Positions 10,762 through 20,500 of a stretch of 64,000 bases of DNA are shown here, one piece after another (the stretch's first letter is position 1; every line of letters starts with the position of its first letter). The stretch is taken from positions 1,947-65,946 of the IMG/VR virus record IMGVR_UViG_3300010391_000186. The stretch is one strand, 5' to 3'. The DNA is from a virus. Taxonomy: Duplodnaviria; Caudoviricetes. A model generated the notes under the pieces. That model worked only from the letters and a program-made list of their open reading frames with translations, made no database searches and was not told where the DNA came from. The position numbers and the translations under genes were made by a program.

Positions 10762-10791
10762 AAGTCTTAAACAAAGCAAATCACTATATAA
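10762..10791 (+). promoter_or_regulatory. AAGTCTTAAAC motif plus TATA box
   Basis: Motif at 10762-10772, ctatataa at 10784, ATG at 10823. Confidence 0.65.
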
Positions 10792-10822
10792 CAAGAGAAC
10801 ATTATAAGAAAAGAGGACATAA

Positions 10823-11341
10823 ATGACATTATACACGCTGCATATTAAATCTGGAATGCATGATATAACTCCAGAAATACTAAATACTTTTCTACGATTG
10901 TCTGGATATGATGCAAGTATTTTTGAAGATATAAAGTTCAAAGGAAATGAACCAAAAGTAACACACGAATATAATATAATAGAATTTCACAACTTAGAGG
11001 AAGCACAAAAAGCTGAAAAAGAGCTTCGAGAAATGTTCTACTGTTATATTGTAAGGGAAGCTGAATTTGATAAAACTGGAATGACAAAAGCCAGACTATT
11101 AAATCTAACTTCTTTCAAAGAAAGTGGAAAATACTACGATAATTTCGATGTTGAAATATCATCAGATATTGATTTTGAACATGATTTTAATATTGTAAAA
11201 GCTATCCTCGATAAATATGAAAAGCTTCCAGAACACTTTATGTATCACGGTCACTATGCAAACAACGTTCCATTCATTATTCCGGCGCATATGAAAGCAT
11301 CGGATATGAAACCATATGTAAAAATCGGAGAATCAAAATGA
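10823..11341 (+). CDS. Hypothetical protein
   Basis: 172-aa ORF with promoter and RBS, overlapping the start of the clamp gene. Confidence 0.6.
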   Translation: MTLYTLHIKSGMHDITPEILNTFLRLSGYDASIFEDIKFKGNEPKVTHEYNIIEFHNLEEAQKAEKELREMFYCYIVREAEFDKTGMTKARLLNLTSFKESGKYYDNFDVEISSDIDFEHDFNIVKAILDKYEKLPEHFMYHGHYANNVPFIIPAHMKASDMKPYVKIGESK

Positions 11342-12228
11342 AAGCAAAAATATCAATATTAGTTCTACAAGAACTGATAAGAAAGACAAAGTGTAATAGC
11401 TTGATAAGTTCAGCAGTTATTAAACTTGAAGACAATGCGATATCCACAAAAGGTTCTGGAGTGGAACTTGCAGGAAAAATTGATGGACGTTTGTCCTTTG
11501 AAGTATCGTATCCGTGTGTCGTAGAAGAATCAGGAATCCTGCCAATTAAAGACATTTCAGACTTATTATCTAAGACTGAAGTCTTTGAAAAGGAAGATGT
11601 TGTTGATGCTTCTGTTGTGGACAATAAACTCATCATGGAAAGAGAAATTCCTCATAGAGTTATCACATACGATCTTGGAGATGCAAAAAACATTCCAACA
11701 TCATATAAAGGAAAAACAACCGTATTATTCAACAAGACCATACCAGCAGCAGAACTTACCCCCGAACAGCTTGCAGCGGGAGCAATCCCGGAATATAAGA
11801 TTCCTTCAGTAGTAATAGTCAATCCGTCTGGCAAGACAAAAGCAATTGAATTCACTGCAGAAGCAATTCTTGATTCAAATCAGCTTAAAGGATTTGCATC
11901 AGCAGCAGAAAAGATCTCGCCGCTCAAGATACCAATACAAATCAAAGAAGGACACTTGAACAGCGCAATAAAAGGAACTGGCACAGATATGGCAGATGAA
12001 ATCCGTGTTGATAAAGCAGAAGGTGAAGCACTTTCAAAATATGGAGTCCAGCTACTTGAACTATTCAAGGTTGGATTCGGAAACGCAACACTACGACTTG
12101 GAAATGAAACGTCGATCCATGTTCAATATCAACAGGATGAACAAAGATCAAATTATTTACTGGTTCCAAGCGGAAACACAGCACCACCAGCCCCGGCAAC
12201 TCCAGCAGCAAAGGAAAAAGCAAAATAA
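11338..12228 (+). CDS. PCNA-like sliding clamp
   Basis: About 300 aa with a two-domain alpha/beta pattern, SKYGVQLL and terminal YLLVP (PCNA S-x-Y...YxLAP). RFC and PolB are nearby. Confidence 0.7.
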   Translation: MKAKISILVLQELIRKTKCNSLISSAVIKLEDNAISTKGSGVELAGKIDGRLSFEVSYPCVVEESGILPIKDISDLLSKTEVFEKEDVVDASVVDNKLIMEREIPHRVITYDLGDAKNIPTSYKGKTTVLFNKTIPAAELTPEQLAAGAIPEYKIPSVVIVNPSGKTKAIEFTAEAILDSNQLKGFASAAEKISPLKIPIQIKEGHLNSAIKGTGTDMADEIRVDKAEGEALSKYGVQLLELFKVGFGNATLRLGNETSIHVQYQQDEQRSNYLLVPSGNTAPPAPATPAAKEKAK

Positions 12229-12235
12229 GAGGAAC

Positions 12236-12574
12236 ATGAGTGAACAACTGAAACAGAAACTCCTGGAACAACCAGGAGTTATTCTAGCTCAAGAACTTGG
12301 GTTTATTGAAATGTCTCAGAAGCAAGCGGATGATAGAAGAGTATCTGAAGAAATAAAAACACTTGCAAGAAATGAAGCTGCAATGAATCTAAACTTCAAA
12401 AATGAAGGTCAGAGAAATGCTTCCGTAGAAACAGCACTTCGAGACAATGTGCTTTATCAGGAAATTCAGAAACGTGTTCCTGAACAGGACAAGCAAATTA
12501 GGATAGCTCAGGTTCAGTTGTCATATCAAAAAGACTTACTAAAATCATATCTTACTATTGCAGGAACGGAGTAA
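12236..12574 (+). CDS. Hypothetical coiled-coil protein
   Basis: ATG after a GAGGA RBS. The longer ORF-track start overlaps the clamp gene. Confidence 0.6.
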   Translation: MSEQLKQKLLEQPGVILAQELGFIEMSQKQADDRRVSEEIKTLARNEAAMNLNFKNEGQRNASVETALRDNVLYQEIQKRVPEQDKQIRIAQVQLSYQKDLLKSYLTIAGTE

Positions 12575-12577
12575 ACT

Positions 12578-12844
12578 ATGTCAGGCATATTTGACGAAGA
12601 TATTGGAGATGGATTAATCATCCCCGAACGCCCTGACTTTTCTGATGATATCAGAAAGTTTGGAGCGCATACTGTATCAGAAAAAAGAGAAAATCTACAC
12701 TGCTGGTTTTATCTTGACTTCTATGCTGATCCTAAAAGATTTGCAGAAATAACCAGTATGCTCAAATCACATATAAACGGAACGCATCAGATAGATTCAG
12801 AATTCTTCTATAACATGATTAAGGAAAGATTCAATAAAGAATAA
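12578..12844 (+). CDS. Hypothetical protein (N-terminal SGIFDE motif)
   Basis: 88-aa ORF with a GGAG RBS. Confidence 0.6.
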   Translation: MSGIFDEDIGDGLIIPERPDFSDDIRKFGAHTVSEKRENLHCWFYLDFYADPKRFAEITSMLKSHINGTHQIDSEFFYNMIKERFNKE

Positions 12845-13144
12845 AATGAATAGGAAACAAATAACAGAATTCTTCCTAGATCAAAGCTATGTGTTAGGAA
12901 TGAATCCTTGGATATATAAAACACCAGAAGGATATTTCATAATACAAACATTACAACATGTAAAATCAGAATGGAAAGCAAGTGGAACAGAATATATTTT
13001 TGGAGAATAATATGAGATGCAGATATTCAGTATTGGTCAGTGGTATTGGAGAACCTTTTAACTTTTGCTTTCTAGCAACACTAACAGGAGTAAAACTGCC
13101 AGAATGCAACGGATTAAAAGACTGCTTCCAAAAGAGGACATAAC

Positions 13145-13435
13145 ACGGAATTTATAGATGATATTTCAGAAGCAAAGTGCAGAAAAATTGTTGAAGATAT
13201 AAGAAACTGCTGCGAAGAAACAGAGATCAAAAATATAGCTTCAATACTTTTAATACAATTTAGACAGAATGAAATCGATCCAATAACTGAAGAATATAAG
13301 CAAAAACTAATAGATGAATTCCTTGCATCTCCAGTATGGTTATCTTCAATTTCTGCACTGCATAAACCATTCTGTTCAAATCAAAAAGTATTTCAGTTTG
13401 AAATAAAGCTTAATTGTTTGGAGAAATCTGATTAA
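13145..13435 (+). CDS. Hypothetical 96-aa protein with apparent ACG start
   Basis: Stop-free frame fills the gap before the radical SAM gene. ACG follows the GAGGACA RBS and there is no in-frame ATG. Confidence 0.55.
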   Translation, partial: TEFIDDISEAKCRKIVEDIRNCCEETEIKNIASILLIQFRQNEIDPITEEYKQKLIDEFLASPVWLSSISALHKPFCSNQKVFQFEIKLNCLEKSD

Positions 13436-13436
13436 A

Positions 13437-14873
13437 ATGACAATAACACTTCGACCAAGATATATGTATAGAGATTCCTGTAAAGAATGTAAAGGACACA
13501 GATCAAACTGTGGTGGAAAGAATGTTTGCGCTCCAGTAAAAAAGAAGCTGCGATCATACAACGGAATAAGACTTACAGCAGACGGTTTTGACTGTGCTTT
13601 ACCTGTCACGATAGACAGTCATAGTCAATGTTCATATGCTTGTATATACTGTTTCAGTCCTAATATCAGTGGACATAGAGAAGGTGAAGACCTTCTTACA
13701 GGACAAACATCACTTAACGATATCGAAAACATGTTCTCTGGAAAAGGTAAAAACATGGAAAATCTGTTCACAGCACTGAAGTTTAAAAACAGAATGAATG
13801 GTTATCCTTGTCCGGTGCAACTTGGAGGACTTACAGATCCACTTGATAACATCGAAAGAAATCAGGGATGGTTCTTAGAGTTTGTTCGTCTTGCTCAAAA
13901 ATACAAGCAACCAGTCCGTATAAGCACAAAAGGAAATATGTTTCTAGAACAAGAATACTTGGATGCTGTAGCAAAGACGCCAGAGCTATTCTGGGTAAAC
14001 TTTTCAATTATTAGTCCAGATGATAAACTGATGAAACTTGTTGATATCGGGGCACCACCACCTTCAGAAAGAATTCAGTGTATGAAAAACTTAACTGATA
14101 TCAAAGTTAAAACCGGACTTCGCTTCAGACCGATTATTCCTGGAATCAGCGATGCTACAAAAGATTATCCAAAAGCATTCTCGGACTTAATAAATATGGC
14201 TGCTGATGCTGGTGCAAGAAACATTTCATACGAAGTTGTATTTCTTCCACTACTTGATCCTAAAGCAGTTCCAAAATGGGAAGCAATAGAAAAATTAACA
14301 GGAATTCCGTATTGGGAGATATATCGAAAGTTTGGAAAGAAGCTACCATGTAATAGAGCATCATATATCTGGACAGAACAGATAATGTTCGCTATACATA
14401 GAGCAGCAAAGAAAAGAGAAATGTTCGTTGGTATTAGTGATCCTTTATGGAAGCAACTAAATGATGGTGGATGCTGCTGTGGAATTCCTCCAACAGATCC
14501 AGTATTCGGAAACTGGCAAAGAGAAAGCGCAACAAATCAGTTGATTGAAGCACGAGATACAGGAAAGCTTCTAACATCAAAAGACGTAATTCCAGCATGG
14601 GCATTAATGACAAAAGCAGATCAAATGTATCGACCACCGATAGGTCCCGCTGGTGCTACATTCCGTCAATACTTTATGTGGGGAGATAAAATGCAGGAAC
14701 AGTGGAATGATTTAACCTGTGAAAGAGGTCCCTTACAATACTTCCAGGGTGCGCTTAGACCAGTTGAACGTAAAGAAGACGGAGAAGTTGTTTTCAAGTA
14801 TGTTGGTCTTGAACGTAGAAATCCAAAAGAAACATCATACTGGAATATTAAGGAAGATGAAGATGAAAAGTGA
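13437..14873 (+). CDS. Radical SAM enzyme (spore photoproduct lyase-like clade) with extra Cys clusters
   Basis: CSYACIYC, DPLDNIER, RISTK, N-terminal CKEC..C..C and internal GCCCG. Confidence 0.85.
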   Translation: MTITLRPRYMYRDSCKECKGHRSNCGGKNVCAPVKKKLRSYNGIRLTADGFDCALPVTIDSHSQCSYACIYCFSPNISGHREGEDLLTGQTSLNDIENMFSGKGKNMENLFTALKFKNRMNGYPCPVQLGGLTDPLDNIERNQGWFLEFVRLAQKYKQPVRISTKGNMFLEQEYLDAVAKTPELFWVNFSIISPDDKLMKLVDIGAPPPSERIQCMKNLTDIKVKTGLRFRPIIPGISDATKDYPKAFSDLINMAADAGARNISYEVVFLPLLDPKAVPKWEAIEKLTGIPYWEIYRKFGKKLPCNRASYIWTEQIMFAIHRAAKKREMFVGISDPLWKQLNDGGCCCGIPPTDPVFGNWQRESATNQLIEARDTGKLLTSKDVIPAWALMTKADQMYRPPIGPAGATFRQYFMWGDKMQEQWNDLTCERGPLQYFQGALRPVERKEDGEVVFKYVGLERRNPKETSYWNIKEDEDEK

Positions 14874-15053
14874 AACAAAAGTCTATATATATTTTTTATG
14901 TGCAGCACTTACATTCTATATAGGTATCGCACTTGCAATAGATAATCATAATATTATTTCAATTTCAATTATTGCTATTGCAACAGTATCAATTTCATCG
15001 TTTTTACTGTGGAGAATCACAAAGATTAAATTTGATATTAAGAAGAGAAAAAC

Positions 15054-15449
15054 ATGAATCCAAAATTCAAGGGATGGGATACAAAAAGAAATAAAATGTA
15101 TTCAGCATCGGAACTAGGTATTGACGAACTAACTATTAATCCAGATGGTCGAGGATTTGTAAATGTAAGCAGCACGGATCAAAAACTAAGTCAATACATG
15201 CAGCATATAATTCCTCTTCAGTTTACTGGACTGAAAGACAAAAACAACACAGAAATATATAAAGGAGATGTATTACAATCAAACGACATGAGTATTCATG
15301 TTGTGGAATATAACATATGCAGATGGTCAGCACGTTTAATAAGAAGAAGAATGGAAAGGTGGCCTGCTCAATTCCTAGACTGTGATTATATGGGATGGAT
15401 AGTAATCGGAAACATATATGAAAATCCAGAATTAATCAAAGGTGTTTGA
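15054..15449 (+). CDS. YopX-family phage protein
   Basis: KFKGWD...LQFTGLKDKNNTEIYKGD...VIGNIYENPEL. Confidence 0.9.
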   Translation: MNPKFKGWDTKRNKMYSASELGIDELTINPDGRGFVNVSSTDQKLSQYMQHIIPLQFTGLKDKNNTEIYKGDVLQSNDMSIHVVEYNICRWSARLIRRRMERWPAQFLDCDYMGWIVIGNIYENPELIKGV

Positions 15450-15451
15450 AT

Positions 15452-16639
15452 ATGGAAAGCATGTTTGATGAACCACTATATGAACAAGAATGTAAATGGG
15501 CACTTATTGAAGCTCCAATACCAAACGCACCTGAAGGAAAATATATCTCTCAGATACCAAGCCCAAACAATCTTCTTACAGTATCAAGCGCATTGAAAGC
15601 AAGTGGACATACAGATATAAAATTATATCAGTTCTTACAAGAAAGACATCCAAGAATAGTCGTTGCAGAGAACATCGTTTACAATCTAGGTGAAGCTACA
15701 TGCATGGATTATCTCTACAACTATGCTCTAGAATATCTTGAATTACTAAGAAGAACAAATCCACATTCAAAAATATACTTAACTGGATATCATGCATGGT
15801 TGCACCTTGAAAACTTCAACGACTTCATAGTAACTTCACCACAGTCTTTTGAAAATGATATTGTTGGAACTGTATCAACAACAGAATGGCATAATGACTG
15901 GTCAGTAAACGACTGGGAATTTATGAAATCCAAAGTGAGTTCAACAAGCAGTGGAATTAGATGCACTTTTAGATCAACAAGAAGATGTCCGCATCACTGC
16001 AGAATGTGTCCAGTAAATACCGTATATGGTCACACCAATATTCGATATTCTACCGAATGGGTCATGGAAGAAATAAAAACACTATACAACAAATACAATA
16101 TCCGTGAAATAGGATTTCTTGATGATAACCTGTTCTATAATCGTGTTTGGGGAAAAGAACTTCTCAACAAAATAATAGCAGCAAACTTAAAAGGTCTTAA
16201 ATTTACATTTGAAGAAGGACTGGATGTTCCAACAGCACTTGATGAAGAACTAATAATACTTCTAAAGAGAGCGCATTTTCATCATATAAAACTTGGTGTT
16301 GAGGCACTTGATTCAAAAACACTTGACTTTATACAAAAGCCTTATAGAGATCCAGAAGATGCTATCAAAGCGATAAAACTGCTTCAAAAACATGAACTTA
16401 ATCCAACCTGCTTTATCTGTATTGGATTCCCAACAAACACTGAAGAAAGCATTCAGCATGATATTGATATACTTGTAAATTTAAAAGTGAAACTAAGAGT
16501 TCAAATTTTATGGGCATATCCCGGTATTGATTTTGCAGGAAAATCTCTATCACATGAAAAACTAAAACACTTCCAAAAAGAAGCAATGGATAGAACTGGA
16601 AGTAGTTCGTGGAGCCACAAACATGATAAGTCTATTTGA
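15452..16639 (+). CDS. B12-binding-type (class B-like) radical SAM enzyme
   Basis: N-terminal B12-binding-like region, STRRCPHHCRMC, GFLDDNLF, LGVE and IGFP motifs. Confidence 0.8.
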   Translation: MESMFDEPLYEQECKWALIEAPIPNAPEGKYISQIPSPNNLLTVSSALKASGHTDIKLYQFLQERHPRIVVAENIVYNLGEATCMDYLYNYALEYLELLRRTNPHSKIYLTGYHAWLHLENFNDFIVTSPQSFENDIVGTVSTTEWHNDWSVNDWEFMKSKVSSTSSGIRCTFRSTRRCPHHCRMCPVNTVYGHTNIRYSTEWVMEEIKTLYNKYNIREIGFLDDNLFYNRVWGKELLNKIIAANLKGLKFTFEEGLDVPTALDEELIILLKRAHFHHIKLGVEALDSKTLDFIQKPYRDPEDAIKAIKLLQKHELNPTCFICIGFPTNTEESIQHDIDILVNLKVKLRVQILWAYPGIDFAGKSLSHEKLKHFQKEAMDRTGSSSWSHKHDKSI

Positions 16640-17729
16640 TGAACCGTTATCTGAAGATGAACCTTGTAGAATATATGGTAACAAAATCATTTTCACAAAA
16701 ACTTTTTCAGAACAATCAGAAACAGAAAAAGAAGTTTCGTTACAGTATATTCTAGACAATGTCTTCGCAGGAGACTTCTGGTATGATTATATCAACGAAG
16801 AATTTTCACACGAAGTCAGAAAACTAGATATGTTCAAACCAAAAGAAATTCTTCATGGAACAACAATAAGCAGAAATAATCTTTGTTCACCTGTTGCAAG
16901 TAGTTTTCATCCACACATCTTGGAAATCAATAATGGAAAGTATAATTCTCCAAATGAAACTTTAGAAGATACAGTTCATCTTAAAAAATGTATTTCAAAT
17001 TATCTTAAAATTACTTCTGGGTCAATAAATTGTTCCGATGCTATACATATATTGAGAACAGCTCGGAAAACGCAAATGGTGAGTAATTTCCGACCTACTG
17101 TTGCAAAGCTAATATACGAAACGTATGGTAACAATGGCTCAGTTCTAGATCCTTGTATGGGTTATGGAGGAAGATTGCTAGGAGCATGGTGTAGTAATAT
17201 CAGCAGCTACACAGGAATAGATCCATGCACAAAAACTTTTGACGGAAATATAAAACTTCAAAACCGTTTGATAGAACTTACTTCTTACAAAGGAAGTATC
17301 ACAGAAATTATACCCAGACCAACAATAATACTACACAAACTTCCATTCGAAGACTTTACCACTAACGAAAAGTTTGACCTTGTATTTACATCTCCACCAT
17401 ACTTCAACACAGAGAAATATTCTAATGAAGATACGCAGTCATGGAAAAGATATCCAACATATTACGTCTGGGTGGATAAATTCCTTGAAATTCTTATCCA
17501 CAACGCACATACATTTCTAAAACCGGGCGGAGTCTTTGCAATAAATATGAAAGATGATCCACTTGCAAAATACAACATCTGGCGAGATGTAATCCGTCTA
17601 AGTAAGAAGTATTTCGGAGAACCCGAAACAATATTGTATATGGAAATGCCAGCCCTACCACTGATTAAAAAGAACTGCGCCAACAGCATAAAAGGTGAAC
17701 CGATAGGAATATTCAGGAAGAAATTATGA
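16623..17729 (+). CDS. DNA amino-methyltransferase (m4C/m6A)
   Basis: SAM-binding VLDPCMGYGGRLLG and catalytic FTSPPYF. Confidence 0.85.
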   Translation: MISLFDEPLSEDEPCRIYGNKIIFTKTFSEQSETEKEVSLQYILDNVFAGDFWYDYINEEFSHEVRKLDMFKPKEILHGTTISRNNLCSPVASSFHPHILEINNGKYNSPNETLEDTVHLKKCISNYLKITSGSINCSDAIHILRTARKTQMVSNFRPTVAKLIYETYGNNGSVLDPCMGYGGRLLGAWCSNISSYTGIDPCTKTFDGNIKLQNRLIELTSYKGSITEIIPRPTIILHKLPFEDFTTNEKFDLVFTSPPYFNTEKYSNEDTQSWKRYPTYYVWVDKFLEILIHNAHTFLKPGGVFAINMKDDPLAKYNIWRDVIRLSKKYFGEPETILYMEMPALPLIKKNCANSIKGEPIGIFRKKL

Positions 17730-19786
17730 AGTATCTTAGAAGAAATATTCTGGACATTGAAGTCAAAGTTGATAAAGAATTTCCTCACCCAGAACAAGCA
17801 AGATATCCATTCAGTGCAATCACAATATGGGATTCTTTCACAAATCATTACTATTCTCTTGTTGTTCGTGATTCACCTCTACCACTTCAGAAAGTTGTAA
17901 TGAGTCCAGAATGGGATGTCTATTATTGTAACAACGAAGTGATTCTTGCAACAAATTTCGTCAAGCTCACTCAAATGCTTAATCCAGATACGTGGGAAGG
18001 ATTTTTTAGCAAAACATTTGACTTTCCATATATTTGTAATCGCTTGCGAAACATTGAAATTGATCCAAATCTATTATCACCAGGAGGACATTTCACTTGT
18101 AAAAACAGACCAAGTTCTTCTGGACTCCATTTGCTTGACATAGTTGAAGCTGACAAAAAGTTCAAACAGCGTTCAAGTTATTCCTTAAAATTAATAGCAG
18201 AAGAAGAAGATCTTCCAGTCAAGAAGCTAGAATTTGATATAGTTGGAAACAACTACACCCCCGAACAGCTTGCAGCATATAATAAAATAGATGTTGAAGT
18301 TCCTCTCGCTCTTGATAATAAAATGCAGCACATAAAACGATATGTTAATCGCTGGCAACTTGCAGGACTTGAAAGCATAGACAAAGCAATGTCAAATTCA
18401 ATTATTGTTGATACTGTAATGCTTCGAGAAGCTAAAAAAGCAGGAATACTTCTTCCGTCAAAACCAGACAAAACAGAACAAGCGCAAACAGAATCAGAAG
18501 CTGAAGACATAACTGGTGGAATGGTGTTTGAACCAATTATTGGGATTCACGATTGGGTAGCGGATGATGATCAGTCTAGATTTTATCCAAACTTAATATT
18601 CTTACTACGAATGTCTCCTGAAAATATTTCATCAGAAGGAACTCTAATTTCAGCAAATGGCACACGATTTATAGATAATACAGAAGCATTCTTACCACGT
18701 ATAATTAGACATTTCTTTAAAGAACGAGATAGAATTCAAGCAGAAAAAGCACTGCTTACACCCGACAATCCGTATTATTGGAAGCTGCACGAAGAAGATG
18801 AGAATGCAAAATTCCTTCTTAATAGTGTTGCAGGAGTCTTTGGACAACCATCTTTCCGTCTATACGAACCACGTATTATAGACAGCATAACAACATCTGG
18901 TCAATACTTAATGATAACAGGAAAAGCATATCTTGAATCACTAGGTGTTCAGGTTGTTTATGGAGATACAGATGCGCTTCATAGAAAATTGATGGGAGTA
19001 ACAAATATTGAAGAAGCAATAAAGCAAGGTAAAGAAATAAACGCAAAGCTTAATGAAAAGCTTCCAATATGGGCACAAGAAAAGTTTAATGTAAAAGATG
19101 CTTCCTCTATCAAAATCGTTTTTGAGAAAGTATTTAGACGCATCATGTATATCCCCAACGAAAAAGGAAAGCCTGTTAAAAAGCGATATGCAGCACGTCT
19201 AGTCTACGAAAAAGGAAAGATAACAGATCAGATTTATATTCGTGGGTTTGAAACAAGACGTTCTGATGCATCCATAATATCAAAAGACTTGCAGAACAAT
19301 ATCTTCAAGAAAATTCTATACGCAGAAGATGTTGAAGAAGTAAATAAAGAAATAATCACATACATTAGAGACTTAATTGCACAATTTCCAGATAGATCTT
19401 TATCAGAAATTGCAATCCCGTGCGGATTCTCAAAGGATCTTTCAGCATACGGTGGACTCAATAAAAATGGTGGAAAGAAAGGATTAGATCCAGAAGTTCG
19501 TGGAGCCATCTATAGCAACACGCATCTTTTCACAAATTTTGGATCAAACACAAAAGCAAAAATGCTATATATCAATAAAATAGAAGGAATAAATTCCATA
19601 GGAGAACCTTTACCACATACTGAAGTTATCGTTTTTGAAGATGAAGCAAAGCTACCAAAAGTTGAAGTAAACTACGAAAAGATGATAGATGCAACAGTAA
19701 GAAAGAAAATCGAAAGAATTCTCTCTGTTGCAGGAATAGACTGGAACCAAATAGTAGGTGAAGAACAATCAATGTTCAATTTCTAA
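17726..19786 (+). CDS. polB: Family B DNA polymerase (exonuclease and polymerase domains, lacking the NTD)
   Basis: ExoI DIEV, ExoII FDFPY, ExoIII YNKID. Motif A DQSRFYP, motif B KFLLNSVAG, motif C YGDTD, KKRY, GFETRRSD. C-terminal PIP-like EQSMFNF. Confidence 0.95.
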   Translation: MKYLRRNILDIEVKVDKEFPHPEQARYPFSAITIWDSFTNHYYSLVVRDSPLPLQKVVMSPEWDVYYCNNEVILATNFVKLTQMLNPDTWEGFFSKTFDFPYICNRLRNIEIDPNLLSPGGHFTCKNRPSSSGLHLLDIVEADKKFKQRSSYSLKLIAEEEDLPVKKLEFDIVGNNYTPEQLAAYNKIDVEVPLALDNKMQHIKRYVNRWQLAGLESIDKAMSNSIIVDTVMLREAKKAGILLPSKPDKTEQAQTESEAEDITGGMVFEPIIGIHDWVADDDQSRFYPNLIFLLRMSPENISSEGTLISANGTRFIDNTEAFLPRIIRHFFKERDRIQAEKALLTPDNPYYWKLHEEDENAKFLLNSVAGVFGQPSFRLYEPRIIDSITTSGQYLMITGKAYLESLGVQVVYGDTDALHRKLMGVTNIEEAIKQGKEINAKLNEKLPIWAQEKFNVKDASSIKIVFEKVFRRIMYIPNEKGKPVKKRYAARLVYEKGKITDQIYIRGFETRRSDASIISKDLQNNIFKKILYAEDVEEVNKEIITYIRDLIAQFPDRSLSEIAIPCGFSKDLSAYGGLNKNGGKKGLDPEVRGAIYSNTHLFTNFGSNTKAKMLYINKIEGINSIGEPLPHTEVIVFEDEAKLPKVEVNYEKMIDATVRKKIERILSVAGIDWNQIVGEEQSMFNF

Positions 19787-19994
19787 CTATGACAAAAATC
19801 TACATGGATAGATTTGGTTCAATGAGACAAAAAACAGAGCATCACGAAAAAGTGCTGCTTAAAGATGGACTTCATTTTGTACGTCAATGGATAAACTGTC
19901 CTCATAATCGAAAAGGAATATGCAAGTGTATAATTTTAGAAGATTCTATCCATGTTATATACTGTTTCTGTGGATGATACAATCGTGATACAAT

Positions 19995-20489
19995 ATGATA
20001 CATAAAGTAAACGGAATACTAGAAATAAATCATGTTTGTCGTGGATACTGTAAGCTTCCTTATCCTAATCATACAGAAGGATGTCCAAACTTCAATAAAA
20101 ATATAGAATGTCCTCCAAAATCATCCGTGGTGGAAGATGTTTTTGATTTAAATCGCGAACTGTTCTTTGTTGTTGAAGAATTCAATTTGAAAGAACATAT
20201 TACACATATGAAGTTTAATCATCCACCGTGGACAGAATTACAGCTTAGAAATCTTTTATACTGGCAAGGCGGTGTCCGAAAAAGACTTAAAGAAAAAGTA
20301 GAACAGTTTATGCAGCACGATATGATTTATACGCTGCTGCCAGAGTCTATGGGTGTAATGGTAATTAACACAGCACTTAAACTCAGAATACCAATTGAAA
20401 GAAATCCAAAAGAAAAAGTGTTTAAAATCGCTCTTGTTGGATATCCAAAAATAGAGCAGCGTAATGAGGAATCAATGTTTGAATTTTAA
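19995..20489 (+). CDS. DUF2284-like Cys-rich metal-binding protein
   Basis: C..YC...GCPNF...CPP and PESMGV..INT. Ends with EESMFEF. Confidence 0.6.
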   Translation: MIHKVNGILEINHVCRGYCKLPYPNHTEGCPNFNKNIECPPKSSVVEDVFDLNRELFFVVEEFNLKEHITHMKFNHPPWTELQLRNLLYWQGGVRKRLKEKVEQFMQHDMIYTLLPESMGVMVINTALKLRIPIERNPKEKVFKIALVGYPKIEQRNEESMFEF

Positions 20490-20500
20490 GGAGAAAAGAT

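Noticed and set aside
8267-19786. Inteins in RNR or PolB, or trans-splicing of the split PolB
   Set aside because: Domain lengths are normal, and there are no intein C/S...HN termini or LAGLIDADG motifs.
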